Shown here: positions 1 through 13,909 of the stretch, piece after piece
How the letters are laid out: every line of letters starts with the position of its first letter
Numbering within the stretch: position 1 is the first letter of the stretch
NCBI GenBank assembly: GCA_951406725.2
Contig: OX597818.1
Span: 98,456,001-98,520,000, forward strand
Length of the DNA stretch: 64,000 bases
Reading direction: 5' to 3'
Origin: Octopus vulgaris
Lineage: Eukaryota
Position numbers and translations under genes: made by a program
Notes under the pieces: generated by a model
Seen by the model: the letters and a program-made list of their open reading frames with translations, nothing else
Databases searched by the model: none
What the model was told of the DNA's origin: nothing

Positions 1-21
1 AAAGAGAGAGAGAGAGAATGG

Positions 22-55
<34 letters not shown>

Positions 56-57
56 AT

Positions 58-100
<43 letters not shown>

Positions 101-193
101 CCAGTTATATTAAAATATAAGTGGGTTAATAAGTTCATAAACTAGCTAAACAACCAAAAATGATAGATACATACGTACATAGTCTGTGTGTAC

Positions 194-237
<44 letters not shown>

Positions 238-872
238 GTGTGTGTGTATAAACAATAAATGCACAGTAAAACACGCATGCAACAAGTTAAATGTTATTTC
301 CTTTCAAGTTGTCATTTAAGAGGAAAAAAAAGAAATTTAATGAATAATTTTTTTTAATTTTTCATTTCAAATTTGTCTCTTCAAATTTTAATTGTTGCAA
401 AAAGAAGTTCGTTACAACTTTTTTCATTTGTTTTTGTTTTTGTTTTTGTTGCATTCATGTAAGTTTGTTTTTGAGAATAAATTTTTTTTTTCCCTTTTTT
501 TTGTATTTTTTTTTTTTTTAAAAAAAAAAACCGTTTTATTGTATGACTTGGAATGAAGACGAAATATAGGGTCTGAAAGTGTGTGAAGGTCACCCGTATG
601 AATGGAATGGAAGTGGGCTCTCAGAGCTTAACCGTGCATTACAGATACAGAGACATAGGGTGGTGTATGTGTATGTGTGTGTATGTGGGGGGGGGGTCTA
701 GGTTTCTTCATGACATACAGGAGGAGGGAATATGTTGTCTGCGGCAGCAGAGACGGTGGTAATAGTGTGTGTGTGTGTGTGTGTGGGAGGGGAACCGGTG
801 GTTGCAAGGCTGGTAGTTTATACACATTAACAAGTTTGTTATAAGGTTAGAAATGAAATGTGTGTGTAATGT

Positions 873-944
<72 letters not shown>

Positions 945-1113
945 TAGTGGTTGAAAAATGACAGCGCTGATTGAGGGAGAAGGGAGAGAAAGTGAGAACG
1001 ATAATTATGTTAGAGGGAGGTAGTTGAACGAGAGCGAATGAGTAATGTATAAAGGTGGCTTGGAGAGAGAAGTAAAGGGTAGAAAATATACACATTGACT
1101 AAAAAGAAGCAAC

Positions 1114-1185
<72 letters not shown>

Positions 1186-1198
1186 AATCAGCATACTT

Positions 1199-1250
<52 letters not shown>

Positions 1251-1627
1251 ATGCTCACATATGCACATCTAGTTTTTTTCTCAAGAATAATTTGCGTAAT
1301 TAAAAAAAAGCATAGAATTAAGGGAAGTAACTCAAAGAGTCACTGGCATGAGTTTATGTAATTCCAAAATCATTTATGGAAATCATGCCTTGTCCAAAAG
1401 TATTATGTAAAAAATAAAAAAATACGTATTCGCTGACATGCTGATGAGGTCAGCTGGGCGGAAACATATCCATAGTTGTCCTTGACAATTTAAATGGAAG
1501 TGGATGAGCTCCAGTGTAAGACAAATTTGCCGTTCTGGTTGTGGCTCTTATAAGTGAACACATTTAATTCCGTCCGCTATCATGAAACGATAGGGTTATA
1601 TATATATATATATACAAACGTATATGA

Positions 1628-1882
<255 letters not shown>

Positions 1883-3564
1883 GCGCTCACACAGCATTAA
1901 CAATTACAGAACATATATTGATAGGGGAAGTCAATCCTGAGAATCGAACCAAATTTATTATAAAATTTATGTTGACTGGAATTTTAAGCTTCGCCTTCGA
2001 CCAAATTGACTTAGTTCTCAAGCGAAATTTCAACGCGAATTATGTGCGTGCGTGTGTGTGACCACGTCTCTCAAAATCATCGCAGCAAACTGTTGCTCTC
2101 TCGTTTAGAGCGAGAACGAGAGCAACAGTTTGTTGCTGTAGCTGTGTATGTGTGTGTGTGTGTGTGTGTGGACGAACTTCCAAACAGACTTACATACAAC
2201 ATGCTGAGTGACATCTGAAAATAATTACGAAAAGAGAGAAAACAGAAATCCGAGAGTGGTGGAATAGGTGAGCGAGTTGGTGATGGTAAATTAATGAGTG
2301 ACTTATTGAATGAAACTAGAGGTTTATGGGGCGAGTATATGGCTGAACGATTAAGTCTGAGTGAGTGTGAGTGGAGGTTTAAGGGGCGAATCAGTTGGGA
2401 GTCAGTTTAAATAGCAGAAGTGCAACTTGGATGGTGAAACATTTTTAGTTAGTGAATGAGTGAAAGAGATTAACAAGAGACGTAAAAAATGAGTGATCGG
2501 TTCAGTGATTAAATAGTTGTGTGTGTGTGGTGAGTGACTCAAAAAAGTGTGATTAAAAAGCTGTGTAGATGAGTAAAGGAGAAATTCTGAGTTGGTGAAG
2601 CTGCAGTTAAAATCCAGACCAGCCCTTATTTTAAAAACCTGTGATCAAATTCATTCCAGTCATGACCATCCACACTTACTGTATCGAGGACGAAATTATT
2701 GTTCACACAGTTAGAGTACAGTTTGAATAAGATTAGTTCCTTTCTCTGGTACTTCAAGCGACCTAATTGAGTCGAGGTGAAGAAAGTAGGTGGTTTTGAG
2801 CGAAATTAGTGGGGGTGTTGTGGTGTGGTTCATTGCGTTCAAGAGTTATGTTGTGTGTGAAAGTGCGAAAGCATTTGGGTGAGCCACTGTTTGACTGGAT
2901 AGTTGAGTGATTCATTGAACGAGTGGCTGCGTGAGTTTGTTGAGTGGGTACTGTCAATGGTAGGGAGTTGCCAGTAAGACTAGGAACAGAGAGAGAGACA
3001 GACAGACAGAGAAGTGACAATCAGAAAGAAAACGAACCTGAGAGTTTCGTTATATAAAATGAAGGACATAAAATGATTTAACGGCATTAATGTATGAAAG
3101 ATTATTCATCCATTCCTTAAAGCCTGTAGACTGTGGTTTATGGGAAGTTTAGCTGCTATATCTCGCTTGTAGAGGCATTTCGTTGTGGTTTTCGGCGATG
3201 CTCTCTTTCCCCCGACAAAAATCAAGTTGTTCGTACTTTTGAGAAACAATAATACGACGGCCTTAAGAGAAACTAAACCCAGCTAAAATGGTGAAGAACC
3301 AAAGTGTAAGAGGCAGATATGTAATGTATTGGTGATGCATGAAACCTTAGTTGTAAATACAAGAACACGCACAACTGGAACCGGTTCAGATGTTCATGCT
3401 TTGACACCGCCATCATAAAAGCGCACACACTGTAATCTGTCATAAATACCAGTAAAACTACGAGCTGATTACGACTGGAATAGCTTTGATCACAATTTGA
3501 CCGCACTCTCTCTAGCTGTAACCATCATCTCTTAATTTCTGGCATAATATATCAAAAACTGAAA

Positions 3565-3973
3565 GGCGGCGAGCTGGCAGAAACGTTAGCACGCCGGGCG
3601 AAATGCTTAGCAGTATTTCGTCTGCCGCTACATTCTGAGTTCAAATTCCGCCGAGGTCGACTTTGCCTTTCATCCTTTCGGAGTCGATAAATTAAGTACC
3701 AGTTACGCACTGGGGTCGATGTAATCAACTTAATCCGTCTGTCTGACTTTGTTTGTCCTCTCTGTGTTTAGCCCCTTGTGGGAAGTAAAGAAATAGGTAT
3801 TTCGTCTGTCTTTACGTTCTGAGTTCAAATTCCACCGAGGTCGACTTTGCCTTTCATCCTTTCGGGGTCGATAAATTAAATACCAGTTACACACTGGGGT
3901 GGGGGGATATAATCAACTGGCCCTACTCCCCCAAAATTTTGGACCTTGTGCCTAGAGTAAGTAGAAAAGAATT
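3565..3973 (+). mobile_element. tRNA-derived SINE 'family A', internally dimeric
   Basis: Head GGCGGCGAGCTGGCAGAA (A-box-like), GAGTTCAAATTCC (B box), body GTCGACTTTGCCTTTCATCCTTTCGGGGTCGATAAATTAAGTACCAG present twice; approximate TSD tatc(a/t)aaaactga. Other copies at ~4685, 25150(-), 28220(-), 28760, 34335(-), 42335, 54820(-), 58100, 59400(-), 62070(-). Confidence 0.9.
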
Positions 3974-5133
3974 TATCTAAAACTGAGCCATCTTGTATAT
4001 GCGATCATTTTTAGACGATACGGTATGAATTGAGGGATATTTAGCTGCTGTATCTTGTTGATCGAACGATTACATAAAAGCTGTGGTTTAAGCATACCCA
4101 AAGTTTATGAATCTATTTTGCCGACCCCTTTACGGTCACAGGTGCTTGATTAGGGCTGACCTAGGGCTGGAGAAGAAAAACACATCCCTAGCTACGACTG
4201 TCACACAGGAGCTAATGTAAGGAGAAAAGTGGGGGGGGGTGTATATGGTCGTTCACTCTGCTGGAAATACAAGCCAAATCTCTTTTAGATCACACTTTAC
4301 TGTCTTAGAAAAAAGAAAAAAAAAGGACACGTTAGATTCCTTGTAGACAGACTAAAGAAATGAAAGATGTGATGGTCACAGCTTGATTGAATTTTCTCAT
4401 AATGACCTGGGGTTGAATTACAGTAACAGCCTCAACATTCACACTATGAACTTTCTATAATTACCATCATAATCATTCAAATCACCGTGTACATCACCGC
4501 CACCACCACCACCACCACCACCACCACCAACAAATCTTTTTGTTATGCAACTTTTATTTTCGATGATTTTTGCTTTTGATTTATTGTAAGCCTGCTTTAT
4601 GTATTTAATATATCGTCCTTTGATTATTGTGCCCCTTGTTGGCAATAAAAGAAATGATGTTAAAAAAAAACAAAAAACAGATTGCGGCGCGCTGGCAGAA
4701 ATCATTAAATGCATTGGACAAAATGTTTAGCATCATTTCTTCTGGCTCTTTACGTTCTGAGTTCAAATTTCGCCGAGGTCGACTCTGTCTTTCATCCTTT
4801 CAGGGTCGGTAAAATAAGTACCAGTGAAACACTGAGTCTTATGTAATCGACTAGTCCCTTTGCACCAAATTTCAGGCCTTGTGCCTTCTTCAGTAGAAAG
4901 GATTATTATTAGTAGTAGTAGTAGAATTAGTATTATTGGTGTTGTTGTTATGCTCTCTCTACGCCTTCCTCTCTTCCCTTCAATCCAATATATTAGCTCC
5001 TCTTTGCAAGGCGAAAAACAGCGAAGAATAAACAAGATTTAAAAAGCCAAAAAGACTTCTCAGAGCGACATTACTACTACGGCTGTAAAATTATTGTAAC
5101 AGCAAGAATAACAAGTGGGAACTGCAACAAGTG

Positions 5134-5193
<60 letters not shown>

Positions 5194-5866
5194 CATACAT
5201 GTGTGTGGGTATGTATGTATGTGTCTGTGAATATGTATTTACGTTCACACACAACAATGTTAAAATTAAGAAAGATAGAACGGGTGGGGGGGATATAAAT
5301 GCCGCCAAATGTTTCTGTGTTTGTTGTGTTTAACTTAGAGCAGTGTTGATGAAGGGTTATGTATGTAAGTATGCATGTATGTATGTGTGTGTGTGAAGAT
5401 TTTTTTTAAGGGGCACAGGAATAAATGACAGTGAGGTGGATGGTGGTAGTGGTGGCAGGTGGGTGTCGCTGCTGTTTCTGGGTGCTAGTCGTTGATGCTA
5501 TATGTGGTACGGTGGTTTATTATATATGATGGTGATGGAGTTACCCACGAATGAGTGTTATCGTGGTGATGACGGCGATGGTGGTTGGTAGTAGCGTGAT
5601 AGTAGGTGATGCGGTGGGTATGGGATTTATTTTTTAAGTAAGGGTGCCAAAAGAAAAATGAAAGAAAAATAAAAAATTAAAAAAATGGAGAAAAAAAAAG
5701 GGCCGGACGGAGTGGTGGGGTCTGTGAATGAGAGAAAGGGAGGATATACAGACACACTGAAAGAAGTGACGTGGTGGTGGAACTAAAAACGAATATGATT
5801 TTCCTTTATTTTTTTGGTAATCTTTAGATTTGATTGGTTGTGAACTTAAAACTTTCACCAAAGTTA

Positions 5867-5938
<72 letters not shown>

Positions 5939-6110
5939 GTGTGTGTGTGTATGAGTGTCTGTGTGGTAAGGAGCTTGCTTCCCAAACACATGATTCCGGG
6001 GTTCAGTCCCACTGCGTGGCACCTTTGACAAGTGTCTTCTATTACAAACCTCGGTCCGACCAAAGTCCTTGTGAGTGGATTTGGTAAAAGGAAACTGAAA
6101 CAAGTCCGTC

Positions 6111-6149
<39 letters not shown>

Positions 6150-7382
6150 GTTCGACTAAAGGCGGTGCTCCAGCATGGCCGCAGTCAAATGACAAACAAG
6201 TAAAAGGATATATATATATTCTTTTAGTCGTTTAACGCCATCACCACCATCTCCATTGGCGTCACTTCCGGATATCGTCATAATCCCCTTCAGTATCACA
6301 TCACTACCACCATCATCATTGTCATTGTTGATTATCCCTAGGACTGAGCAGATTTGTGATCAGACATTCCATCCATGACCGTAGCGTCTTGTACCCAGCG
6401 CAACCTCCCCTTTTCCTTTAATTACTTCGCCTGCTATTTTTAGTTGGCCTTCCACCCGACTCACACCACCGTCATTACTTCATTACGGGTGCATTATGAG
6501 AGTCATGAAGGGCGTCGGAGAAAATATCTTGTGGTGTTTCGTTGCGACCCCACCCTTTCACGTTCTAAGTTCAAACCCCGCCGGGAATCAACTTTGACTT
6601 CCAATCCTTTAAGGGTCGAGAAAGTATTTTACGTAAAACATCCTTGGTGTGAATGGGATTTACGATAGAAGACAGGGACTGATACCACCACCACCATCAT
6701 CATCATCATCATCTTTGTCACCAATGCGCCATTTCGTCTGTCTTTATGTTCTGAGTTCACATTCCGCCGAGGTCGACTTTCATCTTTTCAGGGTCGATAA
6801 AATTTGGGGGTCGATGTAATCGACTTACCCCTGAAATTGCTGGTTTTCTGTCAAAATTTGAAACCGATATTAATGTTAATCATAAAAAAAAAAAGAACTA
6901 TAACCGCAGGGTCGATGAATGAATGGCATAAGTGGAGCGGGGTGGCGGGCTTGTACTTACCATTGATGTTACGGGTGGAATCTTAGTAGCAATAGTAACA
7001 CGGTGGGGAAGGCGAATTTTTATTTTACAAGTTGAGATGGTGATGTTGGTGTACCCCGCTTCCTTTCTTATTTTTCTTTTTTTGCCTTTGAGTCGGGGAG
7101 GAAGCTGGTGTGGGGCGTTTTGGCAGTGGTTCTTTGTAGGGTTTGGTGGGTGAAACCTGTTTCCTCCACCCCCACTTCTTCCAGTTCCTTTAGATGGCGA
7201 AGACAGAAATACAATAAAATAACACAAAGACGACCCGTGTTTTTTTTTTTTTTTTTGCTTTTTCTTTTTTAATTTCATTCAAGTAATTTGTTCCGTTGAG
7301 GTCAGAAATGGTGAGTGATATGGTGAATGTTATTTTTGACATTCTTAGATATACAATTTGTGCGAGTAACGCACACATAAAT

Positions 7383-7432
<50 letters not shown>

Positions 7433-7620
7433 GCGTACAGTCATTCACGATGGCAATGGCTTAGTTATCACCAGAATTAGGGTGAAAATCTACCCTTAAA
7501 ACCCAGCATCAAGCTACAAACAGACTTGCCATTGTATAAACTCACAACATTGATAGCAGTTTGCTTTTCTGGTAATTTCTAGCGACATGTTTGAGACTAG
7601 GTGCTCTCTCTCTCTCTCAC

Positions 7621-7656
<36 letters not shown>

Positions 7657-7934
7657 TAACAGATATCATTGCTTTTTTTCTTCTATCTCCTGTTTTCTGT
7701 GTGTAATTATTGTGTTCATTTTCTCAGTAGTGATAAAAAAAAAAAAAAGAAAAACCGCTAATGTTTAGGCGCCAGGTCGGCCTTGATCGGATTTGACTTA
7801 AAACTATGATCAAAGCGTTTCATTCGTGGCCATTCCATTACCATTATTATTATTATTATTATTTGTCATACCATGTGCGTGTGTATATGTATTTGTAATG
7901 TGTGTTGTGAGCACATGCATTTGTTTTTTCATAT

Positions 7935-8345
7935 AGGCGTAGGAGTGGCTGTGTGGTAAGTAGCTTGCTTACCAAACACATGGTTCCGGGTTCAGCCCCA
8001 CTGCGTGGCACCTTGGGCAAGTGTCTTCTACTATAGCCTCGGGCCAACCAAAGCCTTGTGAGTAGATTTGGGAGACGGAAACTGAAAGAAGCCCGTCATA
8101 TATATGTATATGTATGTGTGTGTTTGTGTGTCTGTGTTTGCCCCCCCCCCCACACACACACACACATCGCTTGACAACCGATGCTGATGTGTTTACGTCC
8201 CCGTAACTTAACGGTTCGGCAAAAGAGAGACCGATAGAATAAGTACTAGGCTTACAAAGAATAAGTCCTGGGGGTCGATTTGCTCGACTAAAGACGACGG
8301 TGCTCCAGCATGGCCACAGTCAATTGGCTGAAACAAGTAAAAGAG
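7935..8345 (+). mobile_element. tRNA-derived SINE 'family B', full length, with internal (TA)/(TG) microsatellite
   Basis: Head GGCGTAGGAGTGGCTGTGTGGTAAG...GGTTCAG, CCTTGGGCAAGTG core, tail GCTCCAGCATGGCC..CTGAAACAAGTAAAAGAG. Other copies at ~5955, 19098, 20650(-), 21288(-), 24565, 27570(-), 41330(-), 50070(-), 57483(-), 58580. Confidence 0.9.
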
Positions 8346-9074
8346 CAAGTAATATTGCACTCCAGTCCTGTCTGAAAACTTGATGCAAGTAAGCTCTTCG
8401 TTAGTGATCGCAGTCGGTACAATAGGTGGGGGAAAAAGCGAGATAAATTGTCTTTACGTCTGGCCAATGTGTCTGTGTGTGTGTGTTTATATTTGTATGC
8501 CAACTTCAACTGGTTGTCACCTTCATTCGGGATGCCCTATCTTTCAGTCCAATTAGCAATGCTTTTCCACCACTATGCTTTGTTAACATCTGCCAGACAC
8601 TTGTAACAGCATCTTCTGCCCTCCCTCTCGGTTCTTTCTCATTCTTTAGCTTTCCCCTTCCTCTGTCATACTTTTTTTTTAAATGCCTCCACACAGTAAC
8701 TTTCTCCATACTCATTCTCTCTCCCTCCCTCCCCCTCCTTCCGTCCCTCTCTCGCTCTCTCTGTCTCTCTACTTTTCATCTCTTCTGTTTTATTCGAAAC
8801 ACTCATATTTCTCTCTTAACTTCATACAGATGTGTTATAATTTCCTTCACAACACAATACAAAGCCACTGTGTGTGTATGCGGTGTGTGTGCTTGTGTCT
8901 ATTAATGTGTGTGCGCGGCTGATATGAATAGTCACACACCTATATAAGTACTTGTATTAACAGGTTGACTCCATGGTTGCGTTGCTTGAAGTTTCGCATA
9001 TTAAAAAGCCATATCTGATCGTTCAGACGATTAATATTGAGTACTGAGCATTCAAATGATATAAAACTACACAA

Positions 9075-9186
<112 letters not shown>

Positions 9187-9230
9187 AGTTAGTGTGTGTG
9201 TATATATATATATGTATATGTAGGTATTTA

Positions 9231-9261
<31 letters not shown>

Positions 9262-9942
9262 GTAAATATATGTGTGTATGTGTATATATATATACACACA
9301 CTTTTGTATGTATGTGTGTATATATGTGTATGTTTCTCAGTTTCATTCCCTCCCACACTGACATTTCAATACATTCATTCATTCATTCTTCTCAGCCCTT
9401 CTTTCATTCACTAATTTTACTCGTTTCTCTCTTTCCCCACTATTTTCATTCATATTGTATTTCATTCATTCTACATGTCTAACTTACATTCCTCCCACCA
9501 CCATGATCGTCACTGCCATCACCACCACCACACCATCATAATTATCGCCACCACCATCACAACCACCCTATCATCATCATCATCGCTCTTATCATCTCTG
9601 CCTTTCACTATCAATTCCTTTTCTCTCTTTTCTGTTCTAGTTTGCCTAAATACATTAACTCTGTCTCTATCACACACTATCTTACTTAACGCTCTCTCTC
9701 TCTCTGTACATGGACAGATCTATCTATCTATATATCTCTCTGTCTCTATTCTTTGTTCATGTTTTTCTAAATATTTTTTCTTTTCTTAAATAACCCCCCC
9801 ACCCCTTTCTCATCCACCTCGACTCACAGAGTCTCCAAACTGAAGTAAACTAAACATGTAAATAGAACCCAGTTCTGATCTCTAACCTCAGCTGATGTGA
9901 AGACAAATGTTTGAAAGTCAGCAAACAGTAGACATTCTGATA

Positions 9943-10001
<59 letters not shown>

Positions 10002-11273
10002 AAAAATACAAAAATAAATAAATGAAATAAAAAAGAAAATCAGAAATAAAAATAAGCAAGTTCACTCCCACCCTCTTTTGTTTCATCTTTTCCTCTTCTT
10101 GCTATTAATTTCTTTCTAACCATCACTGACTGGTTAAACATTCAACTTTTCCAAACGTCACATGATGTGTGTGTGTGTTATACTGCAATATTTGAATCAC
10201 ATCGTCACATATGTATGTAGTATATATGCATATATGAATGTGTGTGTTTGCATGCATGTTTATATAGGATAAAGGAGTATATGTTTATATATTCGTGCAT
10301 ATAATGATCAAAAGAATATCATATAAAATATAATACATCATCATTATCATCATCATCGTTTTACGTCCGTTTTCCAAGCTAGCATGGGTTGGACGGTTCG
10401 ACCGGGGTCTGGGAAGCCAGGTGACTGCACCAGGCTCCAGTCTGATCTGGCAGTGTAAATATAATATATATATATACCTATAATATAATATATATATACA
10501 ATACAATTAATTATATAGACTATTTAAAATGGTGTATAAATAATATATTATTTTATATTATATATTGTATGGTTCATACCATATTCATATATTTATTACA
10601 ATAGAATTACTGTCAATCCACTCCCTCTTCTCATTTTCTCTGAGTTACAAGAAGTATTCTTTCTTATCCACTGACTTAAATGTTTCAACAGTATTCACAA
10701 AATCTAACCCGTTCACATTTTAGTCATTAGTCCATCTGTCATATAATGCTGACCACATCCTGTTTCTATTCTGGCTAACTTACATATAGATCCTGATTGA
10801 TTTGTGAGGAGAATATTGCTTATATCACATGCAATGATGACTGTGTGTTTGTCTAATCATACAATGAAACAAAAATAAGTTTATGCTGTTAAATAGTTGG
10901 CAAGCTCAGTAGAGAATACACTGGTTTCTGAAATCCCATTATACATTCTGTAAACTGGTTGATGATAGTCAGGAACATCCAGCTGATGGCCAGAGAAACT
11001 ATGTCAAAAGTCACATGAGCATCAGTTTATGAGAGTAGCCACACTCAATAGGAGGTGACTAAGACTTTGATGGCTCCATCCAATCCCTACCAGTGGGGAA
11101 AGCAGATGTGGTGATGATGCTGATGATGATAATAGTGATGGTGGTGGTGATTATTCTGTTCTCAACAAATATGTAATTTCTCTTTATTTCTAAATGTATT
11201 TATTTGTCGTTTATATGTATATTTTTATCTTTTTACCTTTTATTTATTTATTTATTTTTTCTTGAATTTCCAG

Positions 11274-11594
11274 AGAAAAAATTCTTTGACAAAGTCCTTG
11301 GCCTTCGCAGCAGTGTAAGTGATGAGGCTGGAATAGAATCCATGGACCTGCATCATTTTGAAGATGACCAAACAGTTCCTTCTAAACTGACTGAGCTTCC
11401 GTACTCTCTAATGGCTTCTCCGGGCAGTGCTTTCCATATAGAAACTGCTGACCACTGCCTAGAACTACCTCGGGCTCCACCTCCCAGCTATGAGGAACAT
11501 AAAATCATTTCTAAATTTCATCACCAAGAACTCTCTCATGAAGATCAGGCAGCACGCTGGGAAGATATTCAAGATATAATTAGAAGGGAATCAT
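11274..11594 (+). CDS. ETS gene, first identifiable coding exon (MDLHHFEDD...PPPSYEE...[12 protein letters not shown])
   Basis: Acceptor ttccag ends 11273; donor T|gtgagt at 11595; ATG at 11342. The frame is open back to the acceptor (phase 1), so an upstream coding exon is possible. Confidence 0.8.
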
Positions 11595-13877
11595 GTGAGT
11601 TAATAATTAACACATGTTTATTTAATTAAATTTTATTTTATTTAATCATATCTTATCTGTATTTGCCACTGCCATGTAAGTTAAGTAAAAGGAAAAAAAG
11701 AAAGCAATATAAAATATAAGCAATGGGAACACTGTAGTGGTGGAGGTGGTGATGTTTGAGTATTTTTAGTCGGCTCTGATGTGTATAAAATGTAAAACCA
11801 TGTGATAAGAAGATGATAATGGATTAAAAGATGATCTGGTTGGCATTATTCTAGCCATAGGCAGCCTCGATTTTATTGTTGATCATGCTGTCCGAATACT
11901 GTGGCATAAGATCACATTCAGAAAATTTGTCTACTTTTACTCGGTGTGAACACTGTAAAATGAGTACTCCTGCTCAGTAGGTCACATGATGATGTTGAGG
12001 TTAAGCCATTGTTTTTAGTAGTGTTGTATACGACTGACAAATTGTTTCATTAACTTGCAGCACTGAGCTGATATACTGCCAAGGGTTAAAAAACATTTGA
12101 TAAACTGGTGCCCTCGGTCAGCCATTGAAATGCCTGTCTTTTTCTATTGTGCAATACTGTCACAACTGGGACAAGCTTCATATCTCACCTTACACAGCAG
12201 GAAGTGTAACTAACTTTTCCAAAGCAGGTAACGCTTACACAAGAATTCGTTGTAAAAGCCTTGTTTGATAAGGTTTCATTTACAAACTTTTGGTACTTCG
12301 ATCCTATTTCTACTTTCTGACTATCTTCTGGCCTCCTTTATTGTAGTAATACAATGACTGAATCATAAGAATTGAAAGAAAGAACTGAGATTTTTACCAC
12401 CTCATCCTGAGCTCTCTGTTCCTTTGTTACCAAACTTCTCAAGAAAAATAGTTAATGAAATACATCTGAGTATAGATCAGAAATTTGAACCTTATTCCTC
12501 CCAACAAAAAAAAAAAAAGAGCTTTTCTTGACCTTTTTGTTCTCGTGATTATGTTGAAATTCAATTCTGTACGATGGAAATTAGTTTTGAAAATCAGGAT
12601 GAATTTAGTAAAATTACTTTTATATTTATGTTCCAAAAACCAGCTTGATAATAACAAAGTTTTGATGAAAGTTTTAACTTCATTCCCTTCAAAACAGGAC
12701 ATATGTTTCCATAGCTGCGAGGGGGTGGTCTCAGATCGGTTTGTATCAAGAGTTAAACACAAATTATATAATCTGGATTTTGACATCCTGTGGTTTAAAA
12801 TTTTGCCATTCACGATGGAGAACAGCATAAGACATTCACATAGCACTTGTAATTCTACTAGTCAATATTTTGCATATCTCATAAGCTGGATTAAATGTAA
12901 GGTTATGTTTAAAAAATAAGCAAGAATTGTAAGCTGTTTAACACACCTTAAAACAACAATACTGCAAACCTGGCCACTATTCACCAATCACTGTTTACAG
13001 TGATTGGTGTATAGTAATCTGGGATTCTATGTTACATTCTGTTTATCCTGCTTCTTTCAGGACAGCTGTACATTAGTAGCATTTAATTAACATAATTAAC
13101 ATACCAAGAGTTTGTGAGCTGTTTACAGACAATAGCCTAATATGATTGGTCAGTTATGTGTGTTAATCAACCCAATCACATTAACCTTTGCAGTTACCGG
13201 TACTTTTGAATATTTAAATACATGATTTCTTGGAAAGGTTCAAGGTGGAACCTTCTCACGTGTCTCAACACTTTCTTATGAAAATTTCTCGTATGTTGAA
13301 CCAAAATTAACACTTGTAACCCATCTATCTATCACTGTACAGTGAATAAAACTGAAAACCTACATTATAAATAAAGACTTGGGGACAGAGCAATCTGATA
13401 CACCCAATCACCTTATGCTCTAACATATATGGTAATATGAAATTGAAGTCTCCTTAACATTGTCACGATTTTAATTCCTTCTCTTTTCATTTATATTGCA
13501 GCTGTCTTCACAAATTTAACTTCGGTGTCTTCTTTTTCCTCGTCTGTTAAAAGCGAGAATAGACCCGGTCTGGACTGCCAAATCCAGTGTAAGTACTTCC
13601 AGCACTCGTTCCAAAACTAGCCTCTGACCAACGCTCTACCTAACAACCACTTCATACCATTCTGGCCACATATGTATACAGACAGTCCACAAGCCTCCGG
13701 GCAAAGCGTTCCATTTCTACACACCTGTCCAACGAGTTAGGCAAAGAACAGGTTTGCTGTCGTGAACTTTGGTCTTTTCTCATGGGTCAGGTATGAACTA
13801 AATTTCTGTGTTTAGAGCAGAAATATTTTGGTTGTTTCGTAGTTTTGTTCTTTTTTGTTTTTTCCTTCTCTCTTTCT

Positions 13878-13909
<32 letters not shown>

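Noticed and set aside
7300-8395. Candidate upstream coding exons ATG|gtgagt (7308-7316) and ATGCAA|gtaagc (~8385)
   Set aside because: Both donors are phase 0 relative to their ATG, whereas the 11274 exon needs phase 1.
12439-12919. Overlapping 135-aa (-) and 144-aa (+) ORFs in an ETS intron
   Set aside because: No recognisable domain, non-ATG starts and no splice support; chance ORFs.
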